Of a DNA stretch of 64,000 bases, positions 39,478-48,647 are shown piece after piece (positions within the stretch are counted from its first letter, which is position 1; each line of letters opens with the position of its first letter). Where the stretch lies: the IMG/VR virus record IMGVR_UViG_3300026078_000022, positions 38,002 to 102,001 of that record, one strand, 5' to 3'. A model generated the notes under the pieces. It was given only the letters and a program-made list of their open reading frames with translations, made no database searches and was not told the DNA's origin. Source of the stretch: a virus. Both the position numbers and the translations under genes were made by a program.

Positions 39478-39775
39478 AATCAGGCAAATCCAAGAGGTTT
39501 TGTTCAGATGAGAACACTCTAAGCCCAAGCAAGGGGTTTAATCCTTGTTGGTGTTCTCAATCTTGAGATCAGGCAGTACCCTGTCGGCCCCGTCCCTAGA
39601 AGTCCTAAAGTATCACCAGTGACCTTTAGTATGAAAGCTGCTTTAAACTGTATCTGGTCAGTTGTAGGTAATCCGCGCTCTTTCTTAACACTCGCGGGAG
39701 ACGTTTATCCTACCGCCCGGCCTTCGTCTCTAATGAACAATTGCTCGGCCCGTTGATTTCCCGTAAAGCAAAAGT
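39478..39775 (-). ncRNA. Putative ~300-nt structured RNA (or ssDNA) element of unknown class
   Basis: GC-rich, ORF-free; stems 39509-17/39551-59, 39605-10/39624-29, 39664-68/39709-13, 39673-77/39693-97; crossing pair 39698-703/39725-30; strand inferred from flanking genes. Confidence 0.55.
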
Positions 39776-39788
39776 TTTATCTTATTCT

Positions 39789-40199
39789 TTACGGAGTTCC
39801 ACTTTTGTTTTTACTTAATAATTTACCAGAAAAATGAGGCTTAGATTGGATTGGTTTTCGCGTTCGTTTTTTTGGAGGATCAGAGGCATAGGAAATTGGA
39901 CGGGCGGGATCTTTGATTAGTGGTTTTTCATTTGTTATTTTTGGTTTTTTGGGGGCTGTAATCCGTTCGAAAACTCCCTTAATTACCCGATCTATTTCTT
40001 CTTGAAATGAGGCGGGATAATCTAAAACCATCCATGTACCGGTATCCTCAGTTTGTTGAATGCAGTCTAATTGTTCACGCGTACCGCCGTGTTCTTGCCA
40101 AACTTTTGATACTTCGATACCAATATATTTTCTGTGGTCAGGTTTAAATTTGAAACCTGTTGAATTTGTGAATGAGGTCAATCTTTGATAAACGGTCAT
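39789..40199 (-). CDS. Putative DNA-binding protein with Lys/Pro-rich tail
   Basis: Start taken at MTVYQ after the leader; winged-helix-like N-part, low-complexity basic C-part. Confidence 0.55.
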   Translation of the reverse strand: MTVYQRLTSFTNSTGFKFKPDHRKYIGIEVSKVWQEHGGTREQLDCIQQTEDTGTWMVLDYPASFQEEIDRVIKGVFERITAPKKPKITNEKPLIKDPARPISYASDPPKKRTRKPIQSKPHFSGKLLSKNKSGTP

Positions 40200-40211
40200 C
40201 GGGAGGAATAA

Positions 40212-40355
40212 AAAAACCCTCAATAGTAGTTGATACTGAAGGCTTTCAATTAAGGTTTTTATTCTAAACCCAAACATCAACTACAATGTTAAGGTCGCTA
40301 CTAATCAGGTCATTAAACTAGAGCAAATATAAAAAAGAAAGCGTTTCATTGCAAA
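40212..40355 (-). promoter_or_regulatory. Bacteroidota promoter and attenuator-like leader
   Basis: TTTG at 40355-40352 and TATATTTG at 40331-40324; interleaved stems 40276-84/40226-34 and 40249-60/40212-24, then a U-tract. Confidence 0.6.
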
Positions 40356-40402
40356 ATAAATACCAGCTAATATTTGTACACATTTGTTCTCAATTTGGGA
40401 AA

Positions 40403-40879
40403 TTATAATTCTGTAAGTTTCTTGTTACATTCATCTACGGTTATTTTACCTTCGTTGATCAGAAATATTAGCATGGCCGCCATAGCCTCTGCCTGAGTAG
40501 GAAATTGATGTAGATGGTTATCCTTTTGCTTTAAATAAGTATCCCCACTTGGTGTTTCCATTACGCCCCAATTCCAATAAGATACATTCCACCATGATTT
40601 TTCAAGTCTTTTCATTGATATATGATCGGTTTCACATTTACCTATTTCAAGATTGCCAATACTAGGTAAATAATCAGGCAACATTAATCCTAATTCTGCT
40701 ACTGTATATGCGGAATAAAAATCTGTTGCAATAGCAAGTAATGGCAATGTTTTTGAATGTGCTGAAACTAATTCGCCTTCTGAAATCCATGCAAAAAAAC
40801 TTATTTGATTTATTCCTAGTTCTTTTAATTTTTTGGATTGCTCTGAAGTGCAAACCTGCCAACTGATCAAATTATTCAT
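40403..40879 (-). CDS. Hypothetical phage protein
   Basis: QVCTSEQSKKLKELG..Q, AYTVAELG.MLP, AEAMAAMLIFL. Confidence 0.65.
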   Translation of the reverse strand: MNNLISWQVCTSEQSKKLKELGINQISFFAWISEGELVSAHSKTLPLLAIATDFYSAYTVAELGLMLPDYLPSIGNLEIGKCETDHISMKRLEKSWWNVSYWNWGVMETPSGDTYLKQKDNHLHQFPTQAEAMAAMLIFLINEGKITVDECNKKLTEL

Positions 40880-41033
40880 ATTAATATAAATTCATTAGTT
40901 ATTAAAATATAATTGTTTAAAAATGCCGCTATAGCACCCAATTGATCTTTATCGCTCATCTTATCCCAATTACTACCATATTCTGAAATCATGGCTTTAA
41001 TAATTAGCTTCATAACATTTAATTCATTTTAGG

Positions 41034-41603
41034 TTAAGTGATAGATAGGGCAGATTTGTAAGCCTCATTTATTTTATGAAATTCCTTTGCGTCGCCTCCT
41101 TTATCTGGATGATGAATTTTTGCTTTAGTCCGATATGCTTCTTTAATTTCTTGTTCTGTGGCATTTTTGGAAACCCCCAATATTGTAAACCACGTTTCTG
41201 TGACTTGTTCTGGTAATGTTTTAAATCCAGTAAAAGCCCTTTTTAGCATATCGCTTACGCCCCATTCCGGCATCATTCTAAAGGAATTAATGGTTTTGCA
41301 TATTGCCTGTAAATTATCTTCTACTTTATTCCATTTATCACAACAAAAAACCATCTGCTCTTTATCGTAGGTAAAATATACCGCTACCCCTGTATCTTGG
41401 ATAGCTTTGAAGTTTGCGTATGGCAACCCATCTTGACGTAGCGGAACATTGGTTGAAATAATAACATCTTTAGCGCCCATCAATCTTAATTCTTTAACTA
41501 TACGATCTCTCGCAGCAGCAAAAGAAGTATCAAATCTTGCAGATATAGGCCATGTTGTTCTTTTATATCCTACGGGCCAACATAATGGGTATCCTTCTAT
41601 CAT
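41034..41603 (-). CDS. J-domain (DnaJ-like) protein
   Basis: C-terminal ILGV...IKEAYR..AK.HHPDKGG; N-terminal YPL.WP.G, ISTN, GVAVYF. Confidence 0.85.
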   Translation of the reverse strand: MIEGYPLCWPVGYKRTTWPISARFDTSFAAARDRIVKELRLMGAKDVIISTNVPLRQDGLPYANFKAIQDTGVAVYFTYDKEQMVFCCDKWNKVEDNLQAICKTINSFRMMPEWGVSDMLKRAFTGFKTLPEQVTETWFTILGVSKNATEQEIKEAYRTKAKIHHPDKGGDAKEFHKINEAYKSALSIT

Positions 41604-41606
41604 AAT

Positions 41607-42044
41607 TTATTTTAGGTTAAGTGTGGATGTATCTATGGCTAATCCTGATTCAATTAGTCCAAATAAATCGAATCCTTTTTGAATTAAAAAATGGAATAAT
41701 AACGGAGAAATGTGCCTAAATGTAATGCACTTTTCCCTATACAGGTAGAGCCTGTCCTTAATATATTCACTTGAAGTTCCGGGGACAAATATTGGATCTA
41801 TTTTATGTAATTCCCAGCATTCACTTTCTGAAATGCCCCCAAGCAATCTTAATATTAGCTTTATTGAATCAGTCCTTGTAAATTCTTCTTCATTATCCAA
41901 GTGAAAACATTTGACTGACGACCTATTGTATCCCGTTAATATCCATTGCTTATCATATTCTTCATGCCCTTCAGGGAACCATGTGTTTAAACAACGGCAT
42001 CCAATATAATATCCTATGTAATCCTTTAGTTTCTTTTCACTCAT
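41607..42044 (-). CDS. Hypothetical protein
   Basis: Start at MSEKKL; KLILR.L, FDLFGLIESGLAID motif. Confidence 0.6.
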   Translation of the reverse strand: MSEKKLKDYIGYYIGCRCLNTWFPEGHEEYDKQWILTGYNRSSVKCFHLDNEEEFTRTDSIKLILRLLGGISESECWELHKIDPIFVPGTSSEYIKDRLYLYREKCITFRHISPLLFHFLIQKGFDLFGLIESGLAIDTSTLNLK

Positions 42045-42055
42045 ATAGTTTTTTA

Positions 42056-42259
42056 TTAAATTGGTAAAATTGGAGCAGTATCTTTTCCTTCTTCTTTTCG
42101 TTTTATATCTAAATCCCATACACATTCCTTACTACAGCATTGTAATATTTCTCCTTCATTTGAAATTCGTTCATACCAATTGAAAGGCTTAAACCAATTA
42201 AGACCATTATGGTATGAAGGTTCTTCTTTACCACATGAATCACATTTACTGTACATCAT
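42056..42259 (-). CDS. Small Zn-finger protein
   Basis: CDSC...CCSKEC. Confidence 0.55.
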   Translation of the reverse strand: MMYSKCDSCGKEEPSYHNGLNWFKPFNWYERISNEGEILQCCSKECVWDLDIKRKEEGKDTAPILPI

Positions 42260-42650
42260 ATAAATTAAGTTGTTTGATTGCTTCTTTATCTGAAATTAAT
42301 CTCCTTGAATAATCAACAATAGCGGCTCCTTTTAATGCTCTTTCCGCGGCTTTTGTGGTTGGCATGGATACTTGTCTTAATTGATAACAATAACCCATCC
42401 TTCCACTTTTAAGAGGCTTCTTTGTGCCGGGTTTATATACTAGCTCCATTCTTTCCAAATCAACCATTCTCTTCCAGATTTTTTGGTGATCCGTTTTAAG
42501 GAATGCCGCTATTTCTTGACTAGTACTTTCGCCTATCTGAGATATAGCATATAGTATTTGCCGGTATGTTTCTCTTAATTTGGATGGATCAAGGCTTGCA
42601 TGTGCATCTTTACTTGTCCGAGGTATGTTCTTTTTTGACATGGCTTTCAA
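42246..42650 (-). CDS. Winged-helix DNA-binding protein
   Basis: TS.DAH, TSQEIA, KRMVDLER..LV, SGR. Confidence 0.65.
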   Translation of the reverse strand: MKAMSKKNIPRTSKDAHASLDPSKLRETYRQILYAISQIGESTSQEIAAFLKTDHQKIWKRMVDLERMELVYKPGTKKPLKSGRMGYCYQLRQVSMPTTKAAERALKGAAIVDYSRRLISDKEAIKQLNLYDVQ

Positions 42651-42900
42651 TTTTTATAACCTTCAAATTACAGGATTTATTCTTTATTGATCCATCTAAT
42701 ACGGCACAACATTGTCGGGTAGAACTCCCATGTGCTAAATTAAACGCACAAGTATCCAAAACACGATACCGAATAGGAAGTCTTTTATTTTTTTCACTAT
42801 AATGAATAAAATAATCTCCAATAAATAAGTCTCGAAGAGTTACAAACGTATCAGGTATTTGTTTCTTTTTCATGCGGGATTCTTTTATTCCAGTTTTCAA
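42610..42900 (-). CDS. Hypothetical protein
   Basis: Coupled ORF; start uncertain. Confidence 0.45.
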   Translation of the reverse strand: MKTGIKESRMKKKQIPDTFVTLRDLFIGDYFIHYSEKNKRLPIRYRVLDTCAFNLAHGSSTRQCCAVLDGSIKNKSCNLKVIKIESHVKKEHTSDK

Positions 42901-43063
42901 TTAATTTCATTCTTAGCCACTCTAAAGAGTAACGTAGTACTTTTTGCGTCTTTTCTATATTGCATCCCGTACAGAATATTCTTAATCCATTCTTCCCTTT
43001 TTGTTCAATGTCTGGTTGGCATCCGCAAAAAGGACATGGGAGTAAATGACTTTCTAGAATCAT
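42851..43063 (-). CDS. Lar-family restriction alleviation-like Zn-finger protein
   Basis: LLPCPFCG...C..C...WNKR. Confidence 0.7.
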   Translation of the reverse strand: MILESHLLPCPFCGCQPDIEQKGKNGLRIFCTGCNIEKTQKVLRYSLEWLRMKLIENWNKRIPHEKETNT

Positions 43064-43074
43064 TTTGGATTTAT

Positions 43075-43296
43075 TTAAATGTTGAATGTTCTTTTAAGTT
43101 TACGAATAACAAAGTCATAGGCTTTTGCCTTTTCCTCGTGCATTCGTTTTAGTCCATGGTGCCACGGTAAATCAAGATTGAAGTTAAGCGCTTCTGCATT
43201 ATGCCCGTCCCTTACTTTTTCAATATCTGAAATGAACTTGTTTATCTTATGGAGATATTCTTCTTCATTCATTTTGACTGATTTTGTTTTAACCAT
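43075..43296 (-). CDS. Hypothetical protein
   Basis: Coupled ORF. Confidence 0.45.
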   Translation of the reverse strand: MVKTKSVKMNEEEYLHKINKFISDIEKVRDGHNAEALNFNLDLPWHHGLKRMHEEKAKAYDFVIRKLKRTFNI

Positions 43297-43565
43297 AGTT
43301 CTGCAACCTCTTGTGCAGCATCTTTATAAGTAATGGAATGCAATTTTTTGCGCTCAAAAACACTATCCACTAATTTACGTAATTCATCCTTTTGTAATGG
43401 TTCTTCATGTATTGATAAATCAATAAACCATTCACTGGCCCACTCTATATGAAAATCTCCAAATGCATTCATCCAATATTTCTCAGTGCCTTGTGTGCCA
43501 GCTCTATAAAATGATGCAGGAGTCCACACATCAGCTCTTAATTCATATAGCTTTTCTTCACTCAT
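43269..43565 (-). CDS. Hypothetical protein
   Basis: Coupled ORF. Confidence 0.55.
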   Translation of the reverse strand: MSEEKLYELRADVWTPASFYRAGTQGTEKYWMNAFGDFHIEWASEWFIDLSIHEEPLQKDELRKLVDSVFERKKLHSITYKDAAQEVAELWLKQNQSK

Positions 43566-43571
43566 GGTTTA

Positions 43572-43760
43572 TTATTTATGTTTGTTTTTACATCTCACCA
43601 ATGCTGTTATTATCCAATGCATCATTTCATCATCCAATTCTTTTTGATTTACTTTTAACCAGCCTATTACATCATCTATATTCACATAGAACCTTTCATT
43701 TATTCTTATTGTATCTAGCTCATAAGAGCCATCTATTTTGCTATTGGACATTTCTGGCAT
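43572..43760 (-). CDS. Hypothetical protein
   Basis: Coupled ORF. Confidence 0.5.
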   Translation of the reverse strand: MPEMSNSKIDGSYELDTIRINERFYVNIDDVIGWLKVNQKELDDEMMHWIITALVRCKNKHK

Positions 43761-43767
43761 AGTATCT

Positions 43768-44061
43768 TTATTTAGTTAAATCAATATTGTATTCATTATA
43801 CATGAAAGTTTCAAAATCTTCTGAAAATGATCCATTCGGGAATTTAATTCTTGATTCATTCCAACACCTTTTCATATCCTCAATACTAAAGGAAGGTTCT
43901 GATGTATCAAACCATTCCATTTGATCTTTTTTGTAAGTTTTACCGGCTAAATCGGCGATAACATGAGTAGCAAACATAGCCGGAAATTCTTTTTCAGTTC
44001 CTATTAATCTACTCAGTTTCCAATCTGACGGATATTTATCAGTGGCTTTTATCCAAGACAT
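43768..44061 (-). CDS. Hypothetical protein
   Basis: MSWIKATDKYP start typical of small phage proteins. Confidence 0.55.
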   Translation of the reverse strand: MSWIKATDKYPSDWKLSRLIGTEKEFPAMFATHVIADLAGKTYKKDQMEWFDTSEPSFSIEDMKRCWNESRIKFPNGSFSEDFETFMYNEYNIDLTK

Positions 44062-44071
44062 AACTTTACCT

Positions 44072-44367
44072 TTATTGAGTTAATTTACTTAAAGTAATAT
44101 ACATCCAATACCTACTATATAAATAGTTAATGATCCTTGATTTTTGTTCAGGAAGTAACGGCTCCATTCCTGTTACTATGGCATCAAGAAATTCTATTTC
44201 GTCTAGCTCTTTTTTAGGCTCAATTACTGGTTTAAGATTATCCAACGCTTCTTTAAAACTAGCTTCAGACTGTTTAAGCGAAGCATTACCTTTGTTATAC
44301 TTTCTTTTCGCTGGTTGCTTTGGCTTTCAGAACCGTATTTTTTACCTTTGAATATATATTCACGCAT
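44072..44367 (-). pseudogene. Frameshifted hypothetical gene
   Basis: MREYIFKGKKYGSE joins KPKQPAKRKYNKG...YITLSKLTQ if one A is added near 44326; span is 296 nt. Confidence 0.55.
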
Positions 44368-44379
44368 GTAGTTATTAAT

Positions 44380-44601
44380 TTATAGTGATTGAAGAAGTTC
44401 TTCCTTTTTTGAAAAACATTTATCTTCAGGATATATTTCGCGGCAATTTTTATGCATATCGAGAGTAGCCATTTTGTACTCTATAGTAACTTTTTCTCGA
44501 TTTGCCCATACATCGACGACAATAATTTGCCTACACATTATTTTGTTGTCATCGAGTACATATACAAAATCTCCACAATTGTATTTAGTTTCTATTGTCA
44601 T
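44380..44601 (-). CDS. Hypothetical protein
   Basis: MTIETKYNCGDFVY...FSKKEELLQSL; start downstream of promoter. Confidence 0.6.
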   Translation of the reverse strand: MTIETKYNCGDFVYVLDDNKIMCRQIIVVDVWANREKVTIEYKMATLDMHKNCREIYPEDKCFSKKEELLQSL

Positions 44602-44619
44602 AAAATTAGTTTGATAGAA

Positions 44620-44680
44620 CAAACTTAAAAAGAACATTTTTAATTTCCAATTAATTTAATTTACTTTACATCATAAATGT
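44620..44680. promoter_or_regulatory. Divergent promoter region
   Basis: Minus-strand TAAGTTTG at 44627-44620; gene orientation switches here. Confidence 0.55.
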
Positions 44681-44688
44681 GAAAGAAT

Positions 44689-44853
44689 ATGGCAGAAACT
44701 AAAATTATCCAAGCTACTGTATCTAATAACATAGTAAAAAGAATTAAGGCGCAACCTGAAAAAACATCTCTAAAGTTAAGTGATAGCAGAATAATATCTT
44801 TATTAATTGAGGAAGCATTAAATGCAAGAGAAGCTAAAAAGAATAAGAAATGA
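44689..44853 (+). CDS. Small ribbon-helix-helix-like regulator (54 aa)
   Basis: Not in track; MAETKIIQATVSNNIVKRIKAQPEKTSLKLSDSRIISLLIEEALNARE; coupled to ninG. Confidence 0.55.
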   Translation: MAETKIIQATVSNNIVKRIKAQPEKTSLKLSDSRIISLLIEEALNAREAKKNKK

Positions 44854-45392
44854 GAGCCCACAATTCTACTATTAAGAATAAGAAAAAAATATGCGCCCGA
44901 TGCGGCAATGAATGCTATTGGTTTAGCCGAAAAAGATGCAAACAGTGCGCCACAATAGAAGATAGTTTAGCCAGAATGGAGGAAGAAGTAAATAAGGATA
45001 TTAAAAAAGACGGCCTTTCTGAATTAATAAAAATAGCCGACGATATTTTCTCAAAGTGGTTAAGGCTAAGTAGCGCTGATAAAAACGGGGATGTATTTTG
45101 TTATACTTGCGATTCATCTTATAGATGGCAAGATGCTCAGTGTGGGCATTATATGAAGCGAGGAAACTTATTTTTAAGATTTGACCCTAGAAATTGCCGT
45201 GTTCAAGGGAAATGCTGTAATGAATATAAAGATGGAAATTACCCAGAATATACCAAAAGATTAGAAAGAGAATATCCCGGAATAACTTCTATTTTAATGG
45301 AAGAAGCTGCCTTAGTTTATAAACCTACAAGGGATGAAATACGGGGGATTATAAATGAGTATTCCCAAAAATTTAAACAATTAAATAAATGA
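44850..45392 (+). CDS. ninG: NinG/Rap-like recombination endonuclease
   Basis: ADDIFSKWLR, CYTC, CGHY..RG...RFD.RN, C.CN. Confidence 0.8.
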   Translation: MRAHNSTIKNKKKICARCGNECYWFSRKRCKQCATIEDSLARMEEEVNKDIKKDGLSELIKIADDIFSKWLRLSSADKNGDVFCYTCDSSYRWQDAQCGHYMKRGNLFLRFDPRNCRVQGKCCNEYKDGNYPEYTKRLEREYPGITSILMEEAALVYKPTRDEIRGIINEYSQKFKQLNK

Positions 45393-45811
45393 TATACGAA
45401 TTTATAACTCCAAGTGATCCAATTACATTTATTGCTAATGATAATAAGGTAGCTTGCGTTTGCTCTGTTTTATTAGGTAATGGGAAAGCCGGATGTACCC
45501 GCGAAGACGGCGAAAAAATCCCATCAATGTGGTTATTTCATCCTGATCCCGTTCCTGAGATCGAAAAGTATTTAGAATGTTCTTTAGATGATTTTATTAA
45601 AGCGAATAAAGCCGCTATCTCTGAATGCTTTAAATCTTTCTCATATGGTGATTTTAGTGATAGAAAGCAATATGATGCGGCCATTGAAGCAATTACTGAT
45701 CCTGATAAATTAGCTAAATTTAGAGCTACCCATGAGGATTCTAATAGAAGTAGCATGTCAAAGTGGGTGGCATATGCATGGCAAATGGGAGAAAAATTAT
45801 CTAAGAACTAA
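45389..45811 (+). CDS. Hypothetical protein
   Basis: Coupled ORF. Confidence 0.6.
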   Translation: MIYEFITPSDPITFIANDNKVACVCSVLLGNGKAGCTREDGEKIPSMWLFHPDPVPEIEKYLECSLDDFIKANKAAISECFKSFSYGDFSDRKQYDAAIEAITDPDKLAKFRATHEDSNRSSMSKWVAYAWQMGEKLSKN

Positions 45812-45834
45812 TCTATAAAACCAAACTTACAATA

Positions 45835-46257
45835 ATGAGCACAGAATTTCAATGGAATGATGAAACTGTATTAGAGTTTGTACAATTTACTTTAAAGAAC
45901 TCGCCTTTGTTACAAGGTAGACGTGCAGATATTAAACAATTTAAGGAAAATAAACAACCTAAAATAATGTTTACTACTAGTGATGGTGTTGATATTGCTA
46001 TAGGAGATAGATATTACTATGTAACTAGGGAGTTTAATAGTTACCTAGATACATGCGATAGCTTATCAGGTGGTAAATTTGTATCCGGTACGCGAGTGGG
46101 AGATGTTTACTTTTCTACAGAAGCAGCAGCCGAAGATTTCATATTGGAAAATAAGCCTTTATTAAGTCTTAAAGAAATACTATCAGTAGGCAACACAGGT
46201 GAGAATAACCCTTATTACAAAAAACTAGTTGATATTGCTAAATCAAAACTAAAATGA
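45835..46257 (+). CDS. Hypothetical protein
   Basis: FTTSDGVDI..GD, FSTEAAAE..ILENKP. Confidence 0.6.
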   Translation: MSTEFQWNDETVLEFVQFTLKNSPLLQGRRADIKQFKENKQPKIMFTTSDGVDIAIGDRYYYVTREFNSYLDTCDSLSGGKFVSGTRVGDVYFSTEAAAEDFILENKPLLSLKEILSVGNTGENNPYYKKLVDIAKSKLK

Positions 46258-46613
46258 GTGAAGTAACTATAGATCATATGAATGAGGCTATTGCCATGTT
46301 TATGGGCGGTATTCCTGATGGTAAAAAATATATGATTTTCCCAAATAATGAAATTTTCATATACCATTCAGACTATAATAGCCAATTGAAATACCATTCA
46401 TCATGGGATTGGTTAATGAATGTATGGCATAAATTCAGAGACTTAAAATTTAAAGACGATAAATTAATAATGCAGCATTCAGACTGGAAATCACCTATTG
46501 ATAATGCTATCTGTTATCAAAGTATTGATTCGGCGCACGTTCTTTTATATCGCGCAATTCAATGGTACAATTCCATAAAAGATAAACAAGAAGCAAATGA
46601 TCAGAATTATTGA
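46254..46613 (+). CDS. Hypothetical protein
   Basis: N..IA.FMG, YHSSWDWLM motif. Confidence 0.6.
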   Translation: MSEVTIDHMNEAIAMFMGGIPDGKKYMIFPNNEIFIYHSDYNSQLKYHSSWDWLMNVWHKFRDLKFKDDKLIMQHSDWKSPIDNAICYQSIDSAHVLLYRAIQWYNSIKDKQEANDQNY

Positions 46614-46681
46614 AGCAAGTTCACTGTTTTTTCTTGCATTCTGGATATGGTATATGATTAAACCAACTAAACTGCAATCAA

Positions 46682-47035
46682 ATGCTAAACAATAAGACAG
46701 AATTTAAACTAGGACAAACCGTATACCACAGAGACGTTTACAATCACAAAGAACCTCTTAAGATTGTTGGTATCCGGGAATGCGAATTAGAGCTTGAAGG
46801 TGATTATTCAGGTGGAACTAATAATATTATTGCGAAACAATGGATGCCGATTAAGGGCGTGTCAAGAGTATACAATCACAAATATAAAAGAGAGTGCAGG
46901 GATTTGGCAATAGCCACGGAAATATTGGCGTACCCGGTTAACCCAAACCACGACAATATGACAAAGGCAATGTTTGATTTGCTGCATATGGTGCTTGTAT
47001 TAACGAATGAGGTAGAATTAAATCCGGAATATTAA
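46682..47035 (+). CDS. Hypothetical protein
   Basis: Open frame in plus-strand cluster. Confidence 0.6.
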   Translation: MLNNKTEFKLGQTVYHRDVYNHKEPLKIVGIRECELELEGDYSGGTNNIIAKQWMPIKGVSRVYNHKYKRECRDLAIATEILAYPVNPNHDNMTKAMFDLLHMVLVLTNEVELNPEY

Positions 47036-47046
47036 ACAATAATCAA

Positions 47047-47679
47047 ATGAGCAATCTACCGAAGGAAACTATTGATAAAATTAAAAATGATGCTCACAAG
47101 TATCTTGATGCTTTAGGGCGTAATCTTATAAATCGCTCGGAGCAAGTGGATTTATACAATGCTTATATCGCAGGCGTTACCGAATGGGCAGGGAAGGCGC
47201 AAGGATTGGTTGAGGCGTTGGAAGCAATTGTTGCATGGGAAGGCCCAACTTTAATAAACTGGCCTATTATAGAACGGGCGCGTGCTGCCCTCGGATGGAA
47301 GACGCGGTTAAATGATTACGAATCCGGTGCCACCGAATACGCCATAAAGCTCCATCAGGCAGAACAGGAAATCAAATATTTGCGCGGCGACATTGAGGTA
47401 AGAGATTATGATATCAAGGAATATAACAAAGAGATCAAAGAACTGAAGCAATGGAAAAAGGAAGCTACTGAATTACTGCAACCAATATTGGATTACGGCC
47501 AGTCTAAAGAATCAGGCATATTAGTAGGTGGGCATATTACCAAGATAGTTCTTGAAAGGTGTAAGCAATATCAGGCCGCCCGCGCCCTTCTCGAAAAATT
47601 CATCTCCCGCCATGAAGGTGGATTACTACCGGACAGATTCTTATACAACGAAATAAAAACGTTTTTAGATGGAAAATAA
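47047..47679 (+). CDS. Hypothetical coiled-coil protein
   Basis: Open frame; internal partial duplication. Confidence 0.6.
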   Translation: MSNLPKETIDKIKNDAHKYLDALGRNLINRSEQVDLYNAYIAGVTEWAGKAQGLVEALEAIVAWEGPTLINWPIIERARAALGWKTRLNDYESGATEYAIKLHQAEQEIKYLRGDIEVRDYDIKEYNKEIKELKQWKKEATELLQPILDYGQSKESGILVGGHITKIVLERCKQYQAARALLEKFISRHEGGLLPDRFLYNEIKTFLDGK

Positions 47680-48079
47680 ATGGCAGTTGATAAAACATGA
47701 AACTGATAAGGATTTTGTATATGAAATTACCAATGGCCCGATTTCTTTATGCGTTAATGAAGATGATATGCCGGGAGAGGATTACGGCGAAGATATACCC
47801 CTTTTAAATCAGGTTGTAGATGCATTAAATAAATCCGGCATCCCATTTCATTCAGAAAATAAATTGGAGCTTGATCAGCATATAACGATAATGGAGCAAA
47901 GTTGCGAGATTGATGAACTTCAAGCCAAATGCGATAGATATGAAAAAGCGCTCAAATTGGCCGAATGTGAATTGACTTCTCTCTACCGAAAACTGGGGTA
48001 TAGTGGTAGCAATATTTTGAAAGAAGTAACAGAAGCCCTATCCGCAGGTGAAGGGGAGAAGGAGGCAGATAATGGCTGA
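47669..48079 (+). CDS. Hypothetical protein
   Basis: Coupled ORF. Confidence 0.55.
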   Translation: MENKWQLIKHETDKDFVYEITNGPISLCVNEDDMPGEDYGEDIPLLNQVVDALNKSGIPFHSENKLELDQHITIMEQSCEIDELQAKCDRYEKALKLAECELTSLYRKLGYSGSNILKEVTEALSAGEGEKEADNG

Positions 48080-48407
48080 AAAAGTACAGGTAATCAAATA
48101 TAAATGCGCGTGCGGTAAAAAATATTCAAACAAACGTCTTGCTGAACGTCACGAGGAATATTGTAAATGTTGGACTAACCCAAAGTATAAAACGTGTAAG
48201 ACTTGCAAGTTTGGAAAGCAGATTAATGATAGTAATGGAATGGAGCATGAGCCGCAATTCTTGCAAACATGGAGGCAATGGCAGTGTCAGAATCCCGATT
48301 TCAATTACGACATTCATTTCCAGCCAGCGCACAAAAACGCCCCTGATCTGTGTATTAACTGTCTCAAATGGAAATCCAAAAACCAAAAGAAGGAGGAGGC
48401 GAAATGA
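48072..48407 (+). CDS. Cys-rich Zn-finger protein
   Basis: YKCACGK...HEEYC..P..KTCKTC; start at MAEKV. Confidence 0.6.
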   Translation: MAEKVQVIKYKCACGKKYSNKRLAERHEEYCKCWTNPKYKTCKTCKFGKQINDSNGMEHEPQFLQTWRQWQCQNPDFNYDIHFQPAHKNAPDLCINCLKWKSKNQKKEEAK

Positions 48408-48637
48408 CGAGAGAATGGCAACCAATTGAAACAGCCCCAAAGGACGGAACTACTATTGAGGTAGCGCATGATGAGAAAGGGGAAGAAACTTCACTCGCAT
48501 TCTGGTCACAAAGACCGGTTTGTATGTTAGGGAACCGATGCGGAGGCTTCCCTCCAGGATGGGCAACAGCGCCCGAGCAAAATACCGATACAAATTTGCC
48601 ACTAAGCGAGGTCGTAATGTGGCGACCTGCCCCGTAA
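48404..48637 (+). CDS. DUF551-like protein
   Basis: WQPIETAPKDGT...WRPAP. Confidence 0.7.
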   Translation: MTREWQPIETAPKDGTTIEVAHDEKGEETSLAFWSQRPVCMLGNRCGGFPPGWATAPEQNTDTNLPLSEVVMWRPAP

Positions 48638-48647
48638 ACAATGGACA

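Noticed and set aside
39478-39775. Typical group I or group II intron
   Set aside because: No recognisable P7 GACU/AGUC pairing or domain V, and no room for 3' intron elements after the nuclease ORF; kept only as an unclassified structure
44130-44861. ORFs 44130-44351 (+) and 44661-44861 (-)
   Set aside because: Antisense shadows of the frameshifted gene 44072-44367 and the RHH gene 44689-44853
47047-47679. Internal duplication (AYIAGVTEWA / DYESGATEYA)
   Set aside because: Ordinary domain mosaicism of small phage proteins
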